The notes under the pieces were generated by a model. That model did not search any database, had not been told where the DNA came from, and saw nothing but the letters and a program-made list of their open reading frames with translations. From the NCBI GenBank assembly GCA_964016885.1, contig OZ024740.1:269886001-269950000 (forward strand): DNA of 64,000 nt, written 5' to 3'. How positions within the stretch are numbered: the first letter of the stretch is position 1; each line of letters starts with the position of its first letter. Below are positions 1 to 14,584 of the stretch, in pieces. Position numbers and translations under genes: made by a program. This DNA comes from Eledone cirrhosa. Lineage: Eukaryota.

Positions 1-1335
1 TAAGTTTATTGTCCCACTAAACCATAAATAGGTTAGCTATGTCAACTGCAATGCTAACACCAATGGCTGCTCCCTCCTCTTGGGCATATGTTTTTCCATT
101 GAATTTGAAAATATGTTCCATAGGGGTTAGTTTTATACTGGCCCCGACCGCATGTGCAATCATTTTCTTTAGTTCATCATGGTTTTCGGGGGTCCGTATG
201 GCTCTGGTCCACCCGTTCCATCTTTCAGTGTGGGTTTTCTTGGCCATTGAAGTAATGGTAGGTGGTCTGCCTCTTGCTAGCCTTGTGGGGCAGAGGTTGC
301 TAAGGTAATACGTATCTAGGTAATCATTATTATATGTGAGTTCAAATCCCGCCGAGGTTGACTTTGCCTTTCATCCTTACGGGGTCGATAAAATAAAGTA
401 CCAGTAATGCACTGGGTAATTGCTGGCCTTGTGCCTAAAGTAGAAACAATTATTATATGTGAGTTTATGTAGGAGTCCCAGCTTACTGGTATCAATCCCA
501 CGGAATTCAAAATTGCTCTCACTGATCATTTCCACGCATTTCTCCACAGCAAAATCCACGTCAATGGATGGGTATAGGGACACTACATCCATACTACCTA
601 TTATACAGTCTGTTAGGTCCCTGGACAGGTTATTTTCGCTGATTCTGCTGAGGAGGTAATCCGTGCTGTCACATATATCCGGGGAAATTTCAATGATGGG
701 GCGTACGATCAGGGAGAGGAAATAGGAAAGTCTGTGGTTGCTAGCAATGTTAGCTCGACAGACTGGCCGTGTTGATGGTCCGGTGACTGCGTCACTGTTC
801 ATCTTATGGTCTTTTCGAAGCCCATACAACGCTGGCACGTCATTCTTCCAGGCCTGAAAGTTGTTGGCAGTCCGTTTATTGAGCTGCATTGTTTGTCCAC
901 ATCATCATATGAGCGTTGATGGTTTTCTCCCTATCCTCATGCTCTTATGGTATTACTTCTCTTGTGTTAGAGATTGCATGGCCTTGATGTAGTTTGACAG
1001 ACTGTCAACCGACATTCTGCCAGACATGTCTGTTGGAAAGCATGCGATCTCTCCATTACCTGAGCGCTGCATGAGCTTACGCAAGCCATTTGCGGATTTT
1101 TCTCCCAGTTGCTGGTCCTTCATTCTATTGTGTTTATTGCTATACTGTTCTAAAATATTTCTAAGTTTAGATCTAGCTATATTAAATTGTACTCCTGTTT
1201 GTTCATTGACCTGCGACGGCGATTGCGTGCTTTTGTTAAAAGCTAAAGTCGTGGCGTGGACTCGTCGTAGATCGAAGGACATATCAGAAGGGATATAAAA
1301 AGTGGAATTCCAGATTGCGTTGTTGTTCTATTGCT
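1..1335 (-). pseudogene. Degenerate Penelope-like element RT fragment, same family as the 28.2-31.6 kb element; 5'-truncated, frameshifted, interrupted by a SINE, runs off the window start
   Basis: ORF pieces 953-1282, 377-889 and 17-247 align colinearly with the 1114-aa ORF (PTDMSGRMSVDS vs PTDKSGRMSIDS; GSMDVVSLYPSI identical; EGAAIGVSIA.D.ANLFMV). Confidence 0.92.
337..452 (+). mobile_element. tRNA-derived SINE, 3' part, inserted in the PLE relic
   Basis: gagttcaaatccc (B-box) followed by the body gcctttcatccttacggggtcgataaaat shared with many copies in the window. Confidence 0.85.
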
Positions 1336-1350
1336 ATGACCCTCCCAAAG

Positions 1351-1397
<47 letters not shown>

Positions 1398-1577
1398 CAA
1401 GGAATGCAAAAACATGGCATTAATTATATGTACTCTCTCATAGATATTCCATTATTGCTTTAGAAATATGTAACACCATTAAAAGGTAAAGTTCAAAAGT
1501 CAATTTTGGATCATCGGTGACATAACATCTTTATTTCTGTTATAGTAATACATACATACATACATACATACATACAT

Positions 1578-1667
<90 letters not shown>

Positions 1668-1668
<1 letters not shown>

Positions 1669-1854
1669 ACGAAGGAAATGTGGTAAGGAACCAGGTGGAC
1701 CATAACGCACCAAAGTACTCAATACTTGAGGTAGTAGAGTGGGTAATAGGAACCAGTAAGACCCCGACAGCTGAGATCAAGCCGTTTCAACGGCTAATTG
1801 AGTCCAGAATTAGCCGTCGAAACGGCTTGAGCTCAGCTGTCGGGGTCTTACTGG

Positions 1855-1857
<3 letters not shown>
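1668..1857. repeat. Fold-back unit, family A, flanked by (AT)n
   Basis: ~1750-1799 is the reverse complement of ~1808-1857; the same unit recurs at 18303-18528. Confidence 0.9.
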
Positions 1858-1884
<27 letters not shown>

Positions 1885-1892
<8 letters not shown>

Positions 1893-2012
1893 TTAAAATA
1901 ACAGATTAAAGTTTAAGCAAAGAATCTTTAAGCAAAGAATTATTGGGCCCGTTAAGGATTCTTTGCTTAAACTTTAATCTGTTATTTTAATAAATATTTG
2001 CTCTCGGGTTCT
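1885..2012. repeat. Fold-back of the Naiad-type PLE 3' terminus (family B)
   Basis: attaaaataacagattaaagtttaagcaaagaatc and its reverse complement; same sequence at ~4410-4450 and 63857-63997. Confidence 0.85.
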
Positions 2013-2079
2013 TATATATATATATATTACTAACTGAAATAAAGATGTTATGTCACCGATGATCCAATATTGACTTTGA

Positions 2080-2128
<49 letters not shown>

Positions 2129-2162
2129 GTGTGTGGGTGTGTGTGTATATATATATATATAT

Positions 2163-2250
2163 ACTAGCAGTGGTACCCGGCGTTGCACGGGATAAGGTAT
2201 TTTGGAACGTGGGCCGCAACAGACCTAATCGTTTAAAAACTGCATGCCTG
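2163..2250 (-). mobile_element. Helitron 3'-end fragment
   Basis: Minus strand reads cccgtgcaacgccggg-taccactg-CTAG|T, i.e. a subterminal hairpin plus CTAG, matching the 47301-47328 terminus. Confidence 0.7.
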
Positions 2251-2282
2251 GACAATATATAAAGAAAATAAACCTAATACTC

Positions 2283-4450
2283 GGATGGCTCGATGATCTT
2301 TGCTGATCTTATCGGCATTTTCCTTCTTTTCTCTATCAAGGACTAATTCCCCAACGTAGGCGGTGGTTTGTACCGTGATGATGGTATTTTGACCATGACT
2401 AAGTGCGGCCCACGTGCTTGCGACAGGTTCAGAAAAGAACTCACAACCTTCTTTAAAGGCTTCAACCTCTCTATACAGGTTGAGGCAAACCTCTCGGTCG
2501 TTAATTACCTCGACGTTACCCTCAATTTATCGAATGGCTTGTATTACCCGTATAGAAAGCCGAATGATACGGTTAATTACATAAGTAAACATTCTAACCA
2601 TCCTGCCATCATAACCAAGAACCTGGTAAGAAACGTTTTTTGGGGGCTTTCCCGTCTATCTACTAACGAGCATATTTTCAATGACCATTCCACATATTAC
2701 AATGAAGCTCTTGCTCGTAGTGGATTTGTCGATAAGGTAGCATATACAGAGTACGAGAATAGACCTAGAAGAAATAGCTCCCGACGCATTATATGGTATA
2801 ACCCACCATATAATATGGAGGTGGCCACAGCATTAGCTAAGATCTTTCTATCCCTTATTACGAAGCATTTTCCCCCTACACATAAATATAGTAAAGTTTT
2901 TAATAGAAATACTATTAAAATTTCTTACTCTACGACTCCTAATCTTGCACATAACATCACAGCTTCAAATTTAGCTAAACTACCTAATCGTAGGAACACG
3001 TGCAGCCCTGTAGTTAGTACTAACTGTAATTGTAGGAATCGGGTGGATTTCCCACTATCTAGGAAATGCCTCTCTAGTAACATTGTCTACAAATGTAAGG
3101 TTGAAACACCCACGTCCCGTAGGGCCTACATAAGGTTAACCGCCAATAGATTCAAGCAGCGTCTTTACATGCATACCCATTCTTTTCGTTACCCTCTAAG
3201 AAGAAATATGACTTCACTTTCAGCTTATATCTGAAGTTTAAAAGACAGCCACACCCAATATAAGTTACACTGGGAGATCCTAGCTAGGGATAGATCGTAT
3301 AACGGAAATAAAAGACCATGTGACCTCTGCGCCGCTGAGGCCCTAAAAATACTCTACGCCACAGACCACATCTTAAACAACAAATCTGAGGCAATGTCGG
3401 CTTGTAAACAAATTGCACAAAACTTTCCTGTATTACAGCCCCACATTATACCCTAACAGATAGTATGATCTATACGCGGATATTTTACGTCTTGATGTGG
3501 TAGCTAAGTATATGTTATGTTTATACCATTACTTATTTGCATAGGTAAGTATATATTACCTGTATGTTTTGTGAAGCTACGTATACTTCCTCATACGTAT
3601 ATCTGATTGTATATGTTATGGCGTATATTTTATCTTTCTGGTACATATGCTTTAGGTTATGTGTATACGTGAGTTTTGCGTCTGTGTGAGTATGCGGGTT
3701 CGTACGTATGTAGGGTGTGTGTATATGTGTACTTCGTGTTTTGGTTCACGTGGTCTCCGAACATTTGTGTATTTACATGTAGGTATGTCTGTGCGCTTGT
3801 TATATACGTATTTATTTATTTATATACGTTTATTTAATTATTTGTATACACGCGCACACACACACACACATATTTATATGTGCGTGTATTTGTATACCTA
3901 TGTATGCTTGTGTATGTACGTATATGGATGCGTGTATGTATTTATTTAATTTCAATTACCTCTGTATTTTATTTACTTTATTCTTAACTCTGAAGCCGAG
4001 AATCATTGGGTTTCCTAGTTAGAATGTTAGTCTACGACATCAGTTATACCATTTACGTGGTTTTGTCTTTGCGTGCAATTGTTCTCCACGCTCCACATAT
4101 GACGTATTATCTTCGTTTTTCCGTTCATTCCCAGAGAACGTCTCTATGAACCACCTAATAGAATATTAGTCTACGACTTCTTTTATACCACAAACGTGGT
4201 TTTGTGTTTGCGTGTAATTGTTTTTCACCGCTCCAAATAATGACGTATTATATTCGTTTTTTTTCCGTTCTTTGCCAGGGAACGTTTCCACGAACCAAAG
4301 TATCGTCTTCCTGTCTTCTTCCGGTTGCAACGTTTTTTGAAATATTCCCTTCTGCGTTCACATATTGACTTTCTTAGTTTCAGAAGGTCCCGTTAAAGGT
4401 GAAAGCAACGATTCTTTGCTTAAACTTTAATCTGTTATTTTAATAAATAA
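2283..4450 (+). mobile_element. 5'-truncated Penelope-like element of Naiad type (RT C-terminus + GIY-YIG, nonsense mutation at 3232-3234), with 3' UTR and HHR-like terminus
   Basis: YRDDG, YLDVTLNL..G.YYPYRKPN, RRIIWYNPPY, CNCR..PL...CL...IVY motifs. The frame continues past TGA as SLKD..WEIL...CDLC..E....LNNKSE. ~140 bp direct duplication at 4015-4295; ends in (AT)n. Confidence 0.85.
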
Positions 4451-4559
<109 letters not shown>

Positions 4560-5567
4560 AAAATAGGGAGAAAGAGACGATTATGAGGAAGAAAAATATT
4601 TTTTTCCCCTTTTTTTTGTCTCTCTCTCTCTCTCTCTTTTTTTCTGGGTTAGAAAATGATTAAAACGAAATGTTTTACTTTGTGTGAAGTGTTAAGGTAT
4701 TAGTTGATTTATTTATTATTTAACAATGGCATTTATTTATCCATTTATATATTTTAATTATTGTCTATTACCGGTTTCTGCATTTATATGCATTATCAAA
4801 TGATATTAGTATTAGTGTGGTGTCGCACATGTTAAACAGCAGAAGGTGCAGAAAGAATAATGTTATATACAAACAAGGTTTAAGAAGTGAAAAGAAAAAA
4901 GAAAAAGGAAAAAAAAAACGTGCATAATGTGGAACGTAAAAAGTCAATGTGGAAGAAAGTTAATGTTATTTACAAGCACAGTCATTGAAGTTAAGCAGTT
5001 CAAAATGTGTTAATATCGCAAGAGTGCTTAGTTGAACCATGGTTCCGTGATGGAGGCAAATGGTGGACTGTGGTTTGATATGATTTCCCTTTTTAGAGAG
5101 TTAATATGGAGGGGGAAGCAATTCTTGCTGGGTGATATTTAATTTATTTAAGAAAAAGGATTAGGTAGGGTGTGAGGGAGGTAACTCTTGTAAATGTTTG
5201 ATGGTTTGTTGCCATATATATATATATAAATAATATAATAATATAAATAAATATATATATATGTATGTATATAAATGATAATAATAATAATAACTTTGGA
5301 ATCAAAAGCTCGTAGGACCGACGAGTTTTTGATTCCAGAGTCGGGCCAGATCGATACAGATCGAACTTTGAGCTGATTAATAGCGAAACGCGTGTCACCA
5401 ACCAATAAACGTAATGAAGGCGTACCCATTCGTCCTTGTATTATTATATTACACTCTGTCCAGCTCTACACCGCGATACTGTCGTGAACCTAAACATCGA
5501 GTGTTCATCTGGCTGGGTGAACCTACAGTAACCACGCGTTACACTCCCTGGAAATACACACACACGC

Positions 5568-5613
<46 letters not shown>

Positions 5614-5841
5614 GGGGGGAGGGGTGAGAGTGAAAAAGAAAGTAAAAGAGAAATATCAATAAGGAAAAACAATAAGAGAGGACAATATATAATTATTAAA
5701 CATGTTAATTGAAGATATAATGAGAGATAGAAGAATAGATAAAAAGATAGACAGGATTAAGAAAAGAAAGGAATTGGGTTTTTTTCTTTACTGCAGAAAA
5801 CTCGTATGCATTTCATAGATAGACTCATATATTGAAATATT

Positions 5842-5980
5842 GGTTTCTTATATAGGCACAAGGCCAGTGATTTTGGGGGAGAGGAAAGTCGATTAAATTT
5901 ACCCCAGTGCGTGACTGGTACTTTATTTTATCGAACCCGTGAGGATGAAAGGCAAAGTTAACCTCGGCGGGATTTGAACT
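5842..5980 (-). mobile_element. tRNA-derived SINE copy
   Basis: Reverse complement of the SINE body (ggatgaaaggcaaagttaacctcggcgggatttgaactc). Confidence 0.8.
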
Positions 5981-7369
5981 CACATATATTGAAATATTAC
6001 AAGGGAGATAGACGTCGTGTTGTTAAAGTTACCTTGTGTATTTGTATGCATGCGTGTGCGTATGCGTGCGTGTGTCAGTTTGTATGTGTGTGTATTTATT
6101 TATTCGTATTTCACTATGACGTATCTGAAGAGCTGTTGTCCGTGCAATGTTATTTATATTAGAATGTGTGCGTTTGTGTACGGAGGAAAGGTGGCTGAAC
6201 TGATGATTATGTGATCTTGGTAAACCTTATATGTGCACATGTCCATACACAAAGAAGCATATACACATGTAGAGGGTATTCCTATATAATGTCTGGCTGC
6301 CACACTTCCCTCATAATAGTTTGCCCAATCCGTGGCTATAACAGAAAACACTTGTCTAAGGTCCCACTTTAAGTGCCGAAACAGGAAACAATCACCACTA
6401 TCGTAACTGGTTACATCAGGTACAAATCTCAAATTTTGATTTATTCTTCAAAAGCATCTCCATTTCCATTTAGGTTTGACCTCAATTCAAGATAAACTGA
6501 AACAGCTTAACTAATACAATATCTGTGCGAATGAGACCAATCACTTGTCAGTTAAAATCTAATTCTATATACTTTCCTACGTTTTTATGTATCCGATTAA
6601 TAGATATCGCTTGGCTTACTTTACAGATGAAACGACTCATTGTTATAATACTAAGCTCATTATAGTTCTGGTAACACATTGCATTATTGCTTCCATAGTT
6701 TCCCACATAGTTTTCTACACATACATTGTAGTGATGTTTTTTTAGGAATATAGTTTGAATATAATGTCTTCCGCTATCTCATATTAAAATGTGTAATTGA
6801 TATTTATTTTGCGCACACGAAAAAAAAAATCATAAAAAGAGATTTAAGGAAACGAAATTGGTGATATTTTACAAATATTTGTCTAAGCGTACCACTGAGC
6901 TTCTTCGTTATTTGGCTTCTTGAATATTACCTACATAGAAAGTAATGATTATAGAATATGTATTGTTTCCATGATAAGTACCTGTCATTTTCCAGTAACA
7001 GTTTTCATAGATGTCAACAATCAGTTAGTTGAGAAACCTACAGAGCTTTAAAGATAACTATAAGTATAGCTCTGGTATGAAAGCGATTATTACTGTGTTA
7101 CACCCTGCTTGAATACATTCATTATACACCTTCGTCAATGTTCAATAATCGTAAATAATTAATTCAGTACCCAACACGAAAACATGTTTGAGCATATCAG
7201 ATCCCACTTACCTACATATGAGAGTTCTTCTTCTTCTTCGTCTTCTTCTTCCATCATCACCACCACCACCACCACCAACACCTCCTCCTCGTCCTCCTCA
7301 TCTATCCTCCTCCACCCCTCCTCCCCTTCTTCTTCTTCTTCTTCTTCTTCTTCTTCTTCTTCTTCTCCC

Positions 7370-8735
7370 ACTTATTCCTGGAAAGATAGTGGGGGCGCTG
7401 TCCTGAAGCACATCTTCCATTAGGTCCTGTCAGAAGCAACCTTCTCCAATTGATCTGCCTGAATCCCCAAGCAAGACAAGCTGAGCTCATGGATGTTATC
7501 CAGCCATCTTACACGGTGTCTACCTGTGGATCACTCGCAGGTTCGTTTTGCCCGTACAATCTGTCCAGCGATTCTTTCCTGTTACATTCTAGACCCCCCC
7601 CCCTAGCCAAAATATTGGAGCTGCATTTTCTAAATTTGGAGAAGTTGTGACTCTACCCGGAGCGACTCTCTAGTCTCTGAGTTACGCACATTATCGAGTA
7701 AAGCTATTCCAAAGAACCTTCGCTACCGCTTGTAATATCGATCACATTCATTCGGTCACTACCCATGCTTCATGACCATAGTTAAAGGCCTGCATGGTTA
7801 CTGATTTGAAGATAGTGAGTTTGGCATTTATATCTACCTCCCTTCTTTTGATGACCAAATGTTTCAGAAAAGTACATCCTGTGAGGTGGGGAGAATACTT
7901 TGCTGATCGCCTAAACCTTTTCATAACAGAATATTCTGATGTTCATGAGGTGCATCTGGAAGGGATGACTAACCTCTCGTACGATGAGGTCACAAGGGCG
8001 ATTAAATAGTCCAATTGTGGCAAGGCATCTGGTGAAGATGGAATTCGATCTGAGATGTTAGAAGCCTTAAATACGAAGGTATTCTCTGGTTGGTCCGTAT
8101 GTACCGGGTGGCCTGGATCTCTGGAAAGACACCCAAGCAATAACAATCGGGAAAGATAATCCCAAGTTTCAAAATGAAAGTCAAGAATATATGCTAAAGG
8201 TCTGGAAAAGACATGTGAGATTATTGTCGAGTTCAAGATAGCAAATTAAGTGTGGTTTTCACCCCGGATGCAGCACTGTGGTAGGTCTTTGATAAATTGT
8301 GGGAGTACTGCAAAGACGTGAATGCTTATTTTGTTCACCATTAAAAGGTATTCCATAGGAATTATTGTGAACGGTTCTGCAGGTGTAGGGGATCGATCGA
8401 CAGCTTCTTGTTACCCTGATGTCCCTATATGAAGGCCCTAGTAATTATGTTGGTATAAATGGTGCTTGAAAACACTTAATGTGGGCGCCGGTCTCCGCCT
8501 GGGTTACATACTATCAACTCTCCTGTTCATAATCGTCATGGACGGGATGGACCTGCACATCTGGTTTAGAAATTCTATTGTGACTGGTCAGTGTAAGGTC
8601 AAAAATAGTATTTCTTAACTTGTCAGAAGGGGATCTCTGACATGCACTTGATAGGATTCATGCATGACAGGAATGAAAATCAGCGCTGCGGTAACTGAGA
8701 CATTCATCCTCTCAAGGAAGCCTGCGCAGTGCATT
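7370..8735. mobile_element. RTE-clade LINE relic: 3' part on minus strand (7370-7865) with a (GAA)n tail at ~7220-7370, internal RT part on plus strand (7878-8735)
   Basis: Minus: VIKRREVDINAKLTIFKS..YGHEAWVVTE and RWLDNIHELS.SCLGIQ. Plus: WGEYF...DEVTRAIK...GKASGEDGIRSEML, VGAGLRLGYILSTLLFIIVMD, LSRKPAQC. Confidence 0.8.
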
Positions 8736-9639
8736 CAAATATTATTTCTATTCAGGGTGTAAAGGAGAGAAATGCAATATAGTTTTTATATTCAGTAAAC
8801 ATTCGTATGTGTTGATTATATATGACCAACATAGTTATTTCCACCCAATAAATTCATATAATCCCCCGTATATGCTTACATGTTCTACTTTCGCTTAGTA
8901 TCACAACAATCATGCAAATATCATGGGAGCAAATGTCCATAGGTTTGTGAATATATGGCGCAATGTATCTTTAATTCTTTCTTTACATATTTTAAACGTT
9001 GTTATCTCTGGCGATATTTCTACACCGATTCAATGTTTTTCTGTAGATGTAACCATTTTCCTACAAATTTAACTCTATATAATAGGCGTATAAACATATG
9101 ATACAGGAACACATAAAGATTATAGATTGAAATATCCAGAGCCTCGATATCACACCCTCAAAGCACTTAATCCTTTGCGAAAGCCTTAAACAATATGATG
9201 TCTCACACGGGAATGTACAGCTATTAATAACTTGGAAAGGACATTTAATTAATTAAGATCTAATGTTACATTAAGATACTGTCACAAGTCAAGTTAACTT
9301 AAATAACTTTAATAACAAATTCACAGGCCTATCTACCATTAACTCATTTGAAAATCAACAGAGAGACATTTCATTGTTGGAATTGAGATTGTGTATGACA
9401 AAAGAGATCAGATTGTGCTTTTTTCTCACATGTTGTTTGCTTGTCAAGGAATGAATTCATGGTTTCAATATATTATGTCTTTACAATATATTATGTCTAC
9501 AATATATTGTCTTTTTTTTGCTTACGTATCTTCAGTTAGGATAAAGCTCAAAAGATTGGTCTGTGATTTCCTTAATCTTAGTGATGATATTACAGTTACC
9601 CCACCCTCTTCTGCTTCTCAGATCACAAACAGATGCATT

Positions 9640-10130
9640 TATAATATTCCCCTTATCTATTGCAGTGATTCTGAATGATAAACAAGAACATACAATGATA
9701 GCCAAGTATTCAGTCTGCTTTAATTTTGAAACAAGAAACGATTGTTTTTCCTCTAGAGGAATAGAAGTGTAGAATGAAATTCTTTTACAGAAGGAATCTG
9801 CTTCATCTACGTTAAATACATGTTTGGAAGGCTAGTCAACAGGCTTGATGAAACGTGTATTAACCTGGGAAAATGCCTTGACCGCCTCAGTGTCTACATT
9901 ATCTAGTTCGCTAGGTAAGTGTATGTGAAGTATATGCCGTCGTTAAAATCTTTAACACCAACATCTGCTTAATGGGAATGCTTCTGAATTAACCCATTCT
10001 TATAAGCACCTAATGTGGAACCTTCGTTTTGCATTGAAATTTAACTGAATCTTATGTTGCGTTGCGTGATTAATCCAGCTATATAGAAAGTATGTCTGTC
10101 ATCTCTCCACCTAAAATTTGCTCTTTGAGC
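9640..10130 (-). pseudogene. Tigger/pogo-like DDE transposase relic
   Basis: Minus-strand translation HLPSELDNVDTEAVKAF...KHVFNVDEADSFCKRISFYTSIPLEEK resembles the Tigger VFNxDETGLFWKRMP.RTYI..EEK motif. Confidence 0.65.
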
Positions 10131-13100
10131 CACACTATGATAAGAATAACAGACGCGTATACGTTCTTCACAATTCTCTAATTCCTATGCATTACATACT
10201 GCTGATTAAACATTCAAGATCAGATACATTCATTATCTGAGCTTCGACGATTTTTTTTATAATTCAAATAAGGTATGATTATAAGAGGTGAAATATTAAA
10301 TGACTTGAAGTTCTGTTGTATAAATCTGATTTCCCTGAAGCCAAAAAATCTTGTAACTCTGTTTATAAAGATTTATTCTTAAAATTAATATAAAAACACC
10401 ATAAAGAGAGGAAAATATGCAGCAACTCTTCTAAATTTGTATATTATAGATTATGCATATCTTACGTATTTTTCACTTGTATAATATCTATTGATTTATT
10501 TGTTTTGCAGTTCAAATCAAATTTACATGTTTTGACATGCAGAAGTGAAAGTAGAAATAGAAAATGACACACCTAAACATAACAATTTGATAAAAGACAA
10601 TGTTTATTTCTTTTGGTTGAGGGCAATTTCAGTAAACGCAGTTAATTGAATTGACATATGTAGCCTTCATTTTTCCAAATGGTCACAGAATTTCTATTTC
10701 ATCTCTCAGAGATTGAATGAGCCAAAGTCTAATGTGAATTCCTCAATGAGAAATACGCTTTAGAATTGTGATGGGTTAATAATAATAATTGTGTGAGTAT
10801 GTGTGTGTCTGTATGTGAGTATAGTTTATAGGTTGTGAATAAAATAATGGTAATTGGCTCTAAAATAGACTGCGTGGCTTCTTTATTGCAAGCTTTCAAT
10901 GCAAAATCCATTCAAAGATTAAATAAATAAAGAGAACAAAAGTTATCCAGTCAAAATGTCGAATCGAATATTGATGACAATATTTAGAATAAGGAAGCAA
11001 ACTAGATGTTTGGCAAAATTTTAGAGTTACTAAGGTATAAAAATGTCGTTTCCTGAGAACTATTGTGACATAATTCAACCTTGAGATTTCCCTTGTTGAC
11101 TTATAGGTACTTTAAAGGCCAAACAGTTTCATTGATTTGATATCTATGATTATATATCTTTTACAGAGAACATTTTCCAATAAATCAATGAATCGACAAT
11201 CTTTGATTTCTCACTTGCAGTCACAGATATCTTTTCCCTAATGTCCTCTTAAACGCGGGTTGGATTCTGTTGATATAATTTGAACTAAGGAAATGATATC
11301 TCCAAGATATTCTTATTATTTTGAACAATCAATGTAAACTGGTACCATATCACTAAGGCAAGCGGCCTATGAAATATGTAAATTGAAATCGTTACCAACA
11401 TTTACTATATATGAACGGCTTATATTAACTAACTATGCGCAATTTATGGGAATTGTACTATGCTCATAATTATAGACCAAAACAGAATTGTTTTAAATCT
11501 TTCGTTTGTATGCCTGGAAGTGAAATTTATTCTGTTGTATTACAACGACAGTGTATGTGGGAAAAAAGTAAATGATAGTCTAAATGAAATACGATATAAA
11601 TAATTGGTAAACTACGAAACTCTTATTTGATATTTGGTATTCATACGCTTAAGTTACCTTGATATAAAGCATTGGTAAATATCCATAACCCTGGCGAATG
11701 GGGAGCCTCTGCATAGTCGCTCGACATACTAAAGATATGAGACAAATCTTTCAAAATTACACGCTACCACCTAAATAAAACGGAAGGACACAGAAAACGT
11801 ATAGTTTACGGCTGCCCTAAAATGTAATTGTTGAAGCTGGAATAACTATGTTGATAATTATGCTGAATGAGTATTGAAAAACACTAAGCAGGAACACAAT
11901 ATCTTCAAATTACCCGTCAAATTCTGACATTGATTTGATTGACTATACACTCCCCTCAAATTGCTGGCCTTGTGTCAAAGGTAAACCATAAATTTCTTTG
12001 GTCACATTCTGCTGAATGTATTTAAGATCCATTATCCTGGTGAGAAATATAGTGAAATATTTATATTAAGAATGAAATTCATAATTAGTAAATTAGCCGT
12101 CCTATATTTTATTGATCTCTTTGCAAACTGAGCCTGAGATGAAATGATATTTATTATTTTGGGGGAGCATCGGAAAATTGTTTGTTGAGACATTTTACGT
12201 CTTGAGTTCAGATACCAACGAAGTAAACTCTGGCTTACATCATTCCGGGCTAAAATAAAGTACTTGTTAAATACTGGTGTCAATATTCTCGACCTTTCGT
12301 TTTCCCCAAAATACTAGCATTTTGCGAATAATAGAAAGAATGTGTCTTTAATGTTGAAGTTGAGGAGACATTCTTCTTCACTCGATACGAAAAAACACGT
12401 CAAATGACGAATCTAATGTTGCATCGTATAAGGTGCATTCGTAATTGGTATGGTTAACTTAGTCATGCTCATAATTCCTTTTTACCAGAAATTATTTTTG
12501 TCGAATTAGGATCGTTATACTTTGCCTTCTCCAAAGAAAGAATATAAAGCATTAACAAACATTAGATGATTTTAATTCAAGACAAATTTGTTTCTGTAAG
12601 AACCTTTGAGTCATGTGATCTAGAGAGTCTATAAACGTTCTATTGTATTAAAACCCTACTAAATAGTTTGCTTTAATGGGAGTGTTCATTTAATATTAGT
12701 TGTAGTCATGTTACATATTTTGTAAAACTATATAAATATTTACATTAAAATACATCCCATGTATATTCCCACATCCACTGATTAAAAGCAACGTTTGATT
12801 AGTACGAGAACAGACATTATTTTGCAGGCAGGGATGTTGATTTTACGTGTAAACTTTCTTTCATCATGGATTTCCATAACATAATGCAAGCAAATTGTGA
12901 GATAACAACACTAAAACTTTTCATTTACCATTATGGAGTTCCCACAGTAATTCTTCTGATAAGCATTTAAACTTGTTGCACAGATGAATCATATATGAAT
13001 TATAAAATAGAATAAACAAATCATGTTAATAATAATCTGAAAATCTCATTTGAGACTGACTCTGAACATAATATTCAATTTTAGATGAATGTTCTATCAT

Positions 13101-14299
13101 GTTCATTTTATATACATTATAGATATATTCTTGAATACATTTAACGAGCCCTCGACATAGTCATATTGACTGATTCCAAGATTATAATGGAGACACTGAA
13201 ATATGCTTCACTTATTATGGCATTACGGTGGAAGTAATATTATACAAAATGTAATCTTTTTCGGTTCTCTTGAATACTTATTATCTTGCAAACTGAATAC
13301 ATTTTAATTAATTTCATTAAATATCGTTACAGTCAATATATTTCCTATTATTTTTCAACTAAACCGAATACTCAGTATTGGATGGTTTTATTTATTTATT
13401 TCAGTAACAGAAAACTTATTAAACCAACAAGTTATCATCGCAATTTCCTACATTTTCCAGAAAATTACGTTTTCCAATAATTTTGACAAAACACAATACT
13501 TCAAAATAATGTGGTAATTTATAACAAAAGCACATAACAATTCACCTCGTAAAATATATTTTTTCCTAAACTAGTATATTTCTTTAAATGCTAATGAATC
13601 AGAAATATTATACGATGGGTTATAACTTATAACATTTATAACTTATAAGTGTTAGTATTAAAACATGTTCCAAAGTTTAATATTCTTTTGGAAATAAACG
13701 ACCAACAACACAGGTAAGCAATCTTTCTGTATAAGTATAGTATATAAAAACAAGGTTAAACGATGCTAGGTATTTACATAGGATAATTGACCAGTCGTAT
13801 CTGATAAACAACCAAAGGATATACTGTAGATGTGTTTTATTATGTGACAAAAGCGTTTAGTGATATAACAGAGGTCATTATATATCATTTGGTCTCAAAT
13901 GATATTTACTCTAATCCTCCAAAGCGACACACCAAGAAACCTAAATATTGTGGCAGATGTAAGTAATGATTCCTGATTTATACACAAGGCCAACATATTT
14001 TGAGGAAGGGAAAATCGATTAAATCTCCCCAATGTGTTACAGGTTATTTATTTTATATTATCGACCTCGTAAGTGTGAAAATCAAAAGCAAATGCGAATT
14101 ATGCGAAGCATCATTTGACAACATATATTCATGAAATAGTATTAGTTAGATGAAATAACCTTCACGGCATTACTATTATCTAAAGTTCCTATAGGATTTA
14201 ATTTGCAAGTGAAACGTTATCAGAGAAATGGATAGGGAAAATATATTTGAAAGGTTATACTCATTGTTGTAAAATCTGTCACACAAATACACAAACCCA

Positions 14300-14580
<281 letters not shown>

Positions 14581-14584
<4 letters not shown>

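Noticed and set aside
3232-3234. In-frame TGA in the Naiad-type ORF as a selenocysteine codon
   Set aside because: It falls at the Trp position of the SxYIW.LK motif, so TGG>TGA decay is simpler; no SECIS pattern seen downstream.
6154-6432. DCFLFRHLK motif as a mariner C-terminal relic
   Set aside because: Single short motif with no supporting flanking motifs or TIRs.
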